In this document: positions 45,866-46,879 of the stretch, piece by piece
How the letters are laid out: every line of letters begins with the position of its first letter
How positions within the stretch are numbered: position 1 is the stretch's first letter
The notes under the pieces: generated by a model
What the model was told of the DNA's origin: nothing
Databases searched by the model: none
Seen by the model: the letters and a program-made list of their open reading frames with translations, nothing else
Source of the DNA: Candidatus Eiseniibacteriota bacterium
GTDB taxonomy: Bacteria; Eisenbacteria; RBG-16-71-46
Length of the DNA: 46,879 nt
Direction: 5' to 3'
Assembly (NCBI GenBank): GCA_031364845.1
Contig: JANLWX010000146.1
Span: 1 to 46,879 of the forward strand
Position numbers and translations under genes: made by a program

Positions 45866-46630
45866 ATGCCGCCATTTCGATCGATCGGGAGCGCCGTGGC
45901 TCTGGCCGCCGTCCTGTGCGTTCACTCCGCCGGTGCGGCCACGCATGCGCCCGCTGCGCACTCCGCCCCCGCACTCTCCCCCCGTCTCGCGGCGGTCGTC
46001 ACGCTCGCCGACCTGATCGCCGGAAACGGACGGTTCGCGAAGGGTCGCGCCAACCACCCCCATGCAGACGGTGACCGGGTGCGCGAACTGGCCGCGGGTC
46101 AGAAGCCGCGGGCAATTGTCTTGTCGTGCGCCGATTCGCGCGTGCCGCCCGAGATCGTGTTCGATCAGGGGCTCGGTGACATCTTCACCGTGCGTGTCGC
46201 GGGCCAGGTGCTGGACGGTTCGACCACTTCGAGCATCGAGTATGCGGTCGAACACCTGGGCGCTTCGCTGATCGTGGTCATGGGCCATCACGCGTGTGGT
46301 GCCGTCAAAGCCGCTCTGACGACCGCACCGGGCAAAGCCGGCTCGCGCGATCTGGACGAGCTGCTCGATGCGATCCGGCCCGCGGTTCGCAAGTTCGGAG
46401 CGCCGCAGGCCGACGACAAGATGCTCGACGCGCCCGTGCGGGCGAACGTCGATGCCGTGGCCGCGGGCCTCACGCGACGCTCGGCGATCCTCCGCGAACG
46501 CGTCGCGCGCGAACAGCTCACGATTCTCCCCGCGGTCTACGAACTGGCGACAGGCACCGTGAGTTTCTGGGACTACTCCGCTCCCGTCGCCGACTCGCGC
46601 GAAGCGGCCGGAGTTCCCCAACGGCACTAG
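45866..46630 (+). CDS. Beta-class carbonic anhydrase with signal peptide
   Basis: GNGRF, SCADSRVPPE, RVAG, SIEYA, GHHACGAV; GGAGGA RBS. Confidence 0.93.
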   Translation: MPPFRSIGSAVALAAVLCVHSAGAATHAPAAHSAPALSPRLAAVVTLADLIAGNGRFAKGRANHPHADGDRVRELAAGQKPRAIVLSCADSRVPPEIVFDQGLGDIFTVRVAGQVLDGSTTSSIEYAVEHLGASLIVVMGHHACGAVKAALTTAPGKAGSRDLDELLDAIRPAVRKFGAPQADDKMLDAPVRANVDAVAAGLTRRSAILRERVAREQLTILPAVYELATGTVSFWDYSAPVADSREAAGVPQRH

Positions 46631-46879
46631 TCTCCGATCGCCTTGCGCAGCGCCGTGCGGATCGCCGAGCGCATTGCGGGAGTGACCTCGTGGTCCCGCA
46701 GCTCACCGCAGGCCCGCAACGCGGCGCGCAACGATTCACAGGCGTCATCGCAGCTCGCGCACTCCTCGATGTGACCGGCCATGCGCCGGCACGCCGCAGC
46801 GTCGAGGTCGCCCTCGAGATGGCGGCTCAACATTCGCGCGGTGTCGGGACACCGGGCTGCCCGGCTGTGGCCCTCTGCC
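46627..46879 (-). CDS. zf-HC2 (ZAS) anti-sigma-type domain, 5'-partial
   Basis: Frame is open to the window edge: ...RCPDTARMLSRHLEGDL...C...HIEECASC. Confidence 0.75.
   Translation of the reverse strand, partial: AEGHSRAARCPDTARMLSRHLEGDLDAAACRRMAGHIEECASCDDACESLRAALRACGELRDHEVTPAMRSAIRTALRKAIGD

Overview
A 46.9-kb, high-GC bacterial window with about 40 protein-coding genes. I found no rRNA, tRNA, CRISPR array or mobile element. Three large secreted proteins end in a FlgD/T9SS-CTD-like tail, which points (inference) to an FCB-group lineage such as Ca. Eisenbacteria: a BNR beta-propeller/Ig/CBM protein, a Kelch-like propeller protein, and a ~2030-aa beta-helix protein with three near-identical 384-aa repeats. 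Other genes include a class A beta-lactamase with a long omega-loop insertion, a MOSC protein, a Ser/Thr kinase-PD40 protein, a cNMP-domain histidine kinase with two receiver-glutaredoxin-like-TrxB-like fusions, a detox/stress cluster (AKR, GNAT, racemase, DinB, VOC, rhodanese, PadR), an M20 amidohydrolase, an ECF sigma operon, a pullulanase, a TonB-dependent receptor, ArsC and a beta-carbonic anhydrase. The most notable non-routine signals are: (1) an unannotated, highly structured ~230-nt minus-strand RNA (6S-like or riboswitch-like) ending in a perfect intrinsic terminator just before the TonB receptor; (2) REC-Grx-TrxB fusions whose redox cysteine motifs are all replaced; (3) an apparently obligatory CTG start codon for the kinase; (4) the 35-residue omega-loop insertion in the beta-lactamase; and (5) the triple beta-helix repeat carrying vicinal Cys-Cys. 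All calls come from reading the sequence; no database searches were run.
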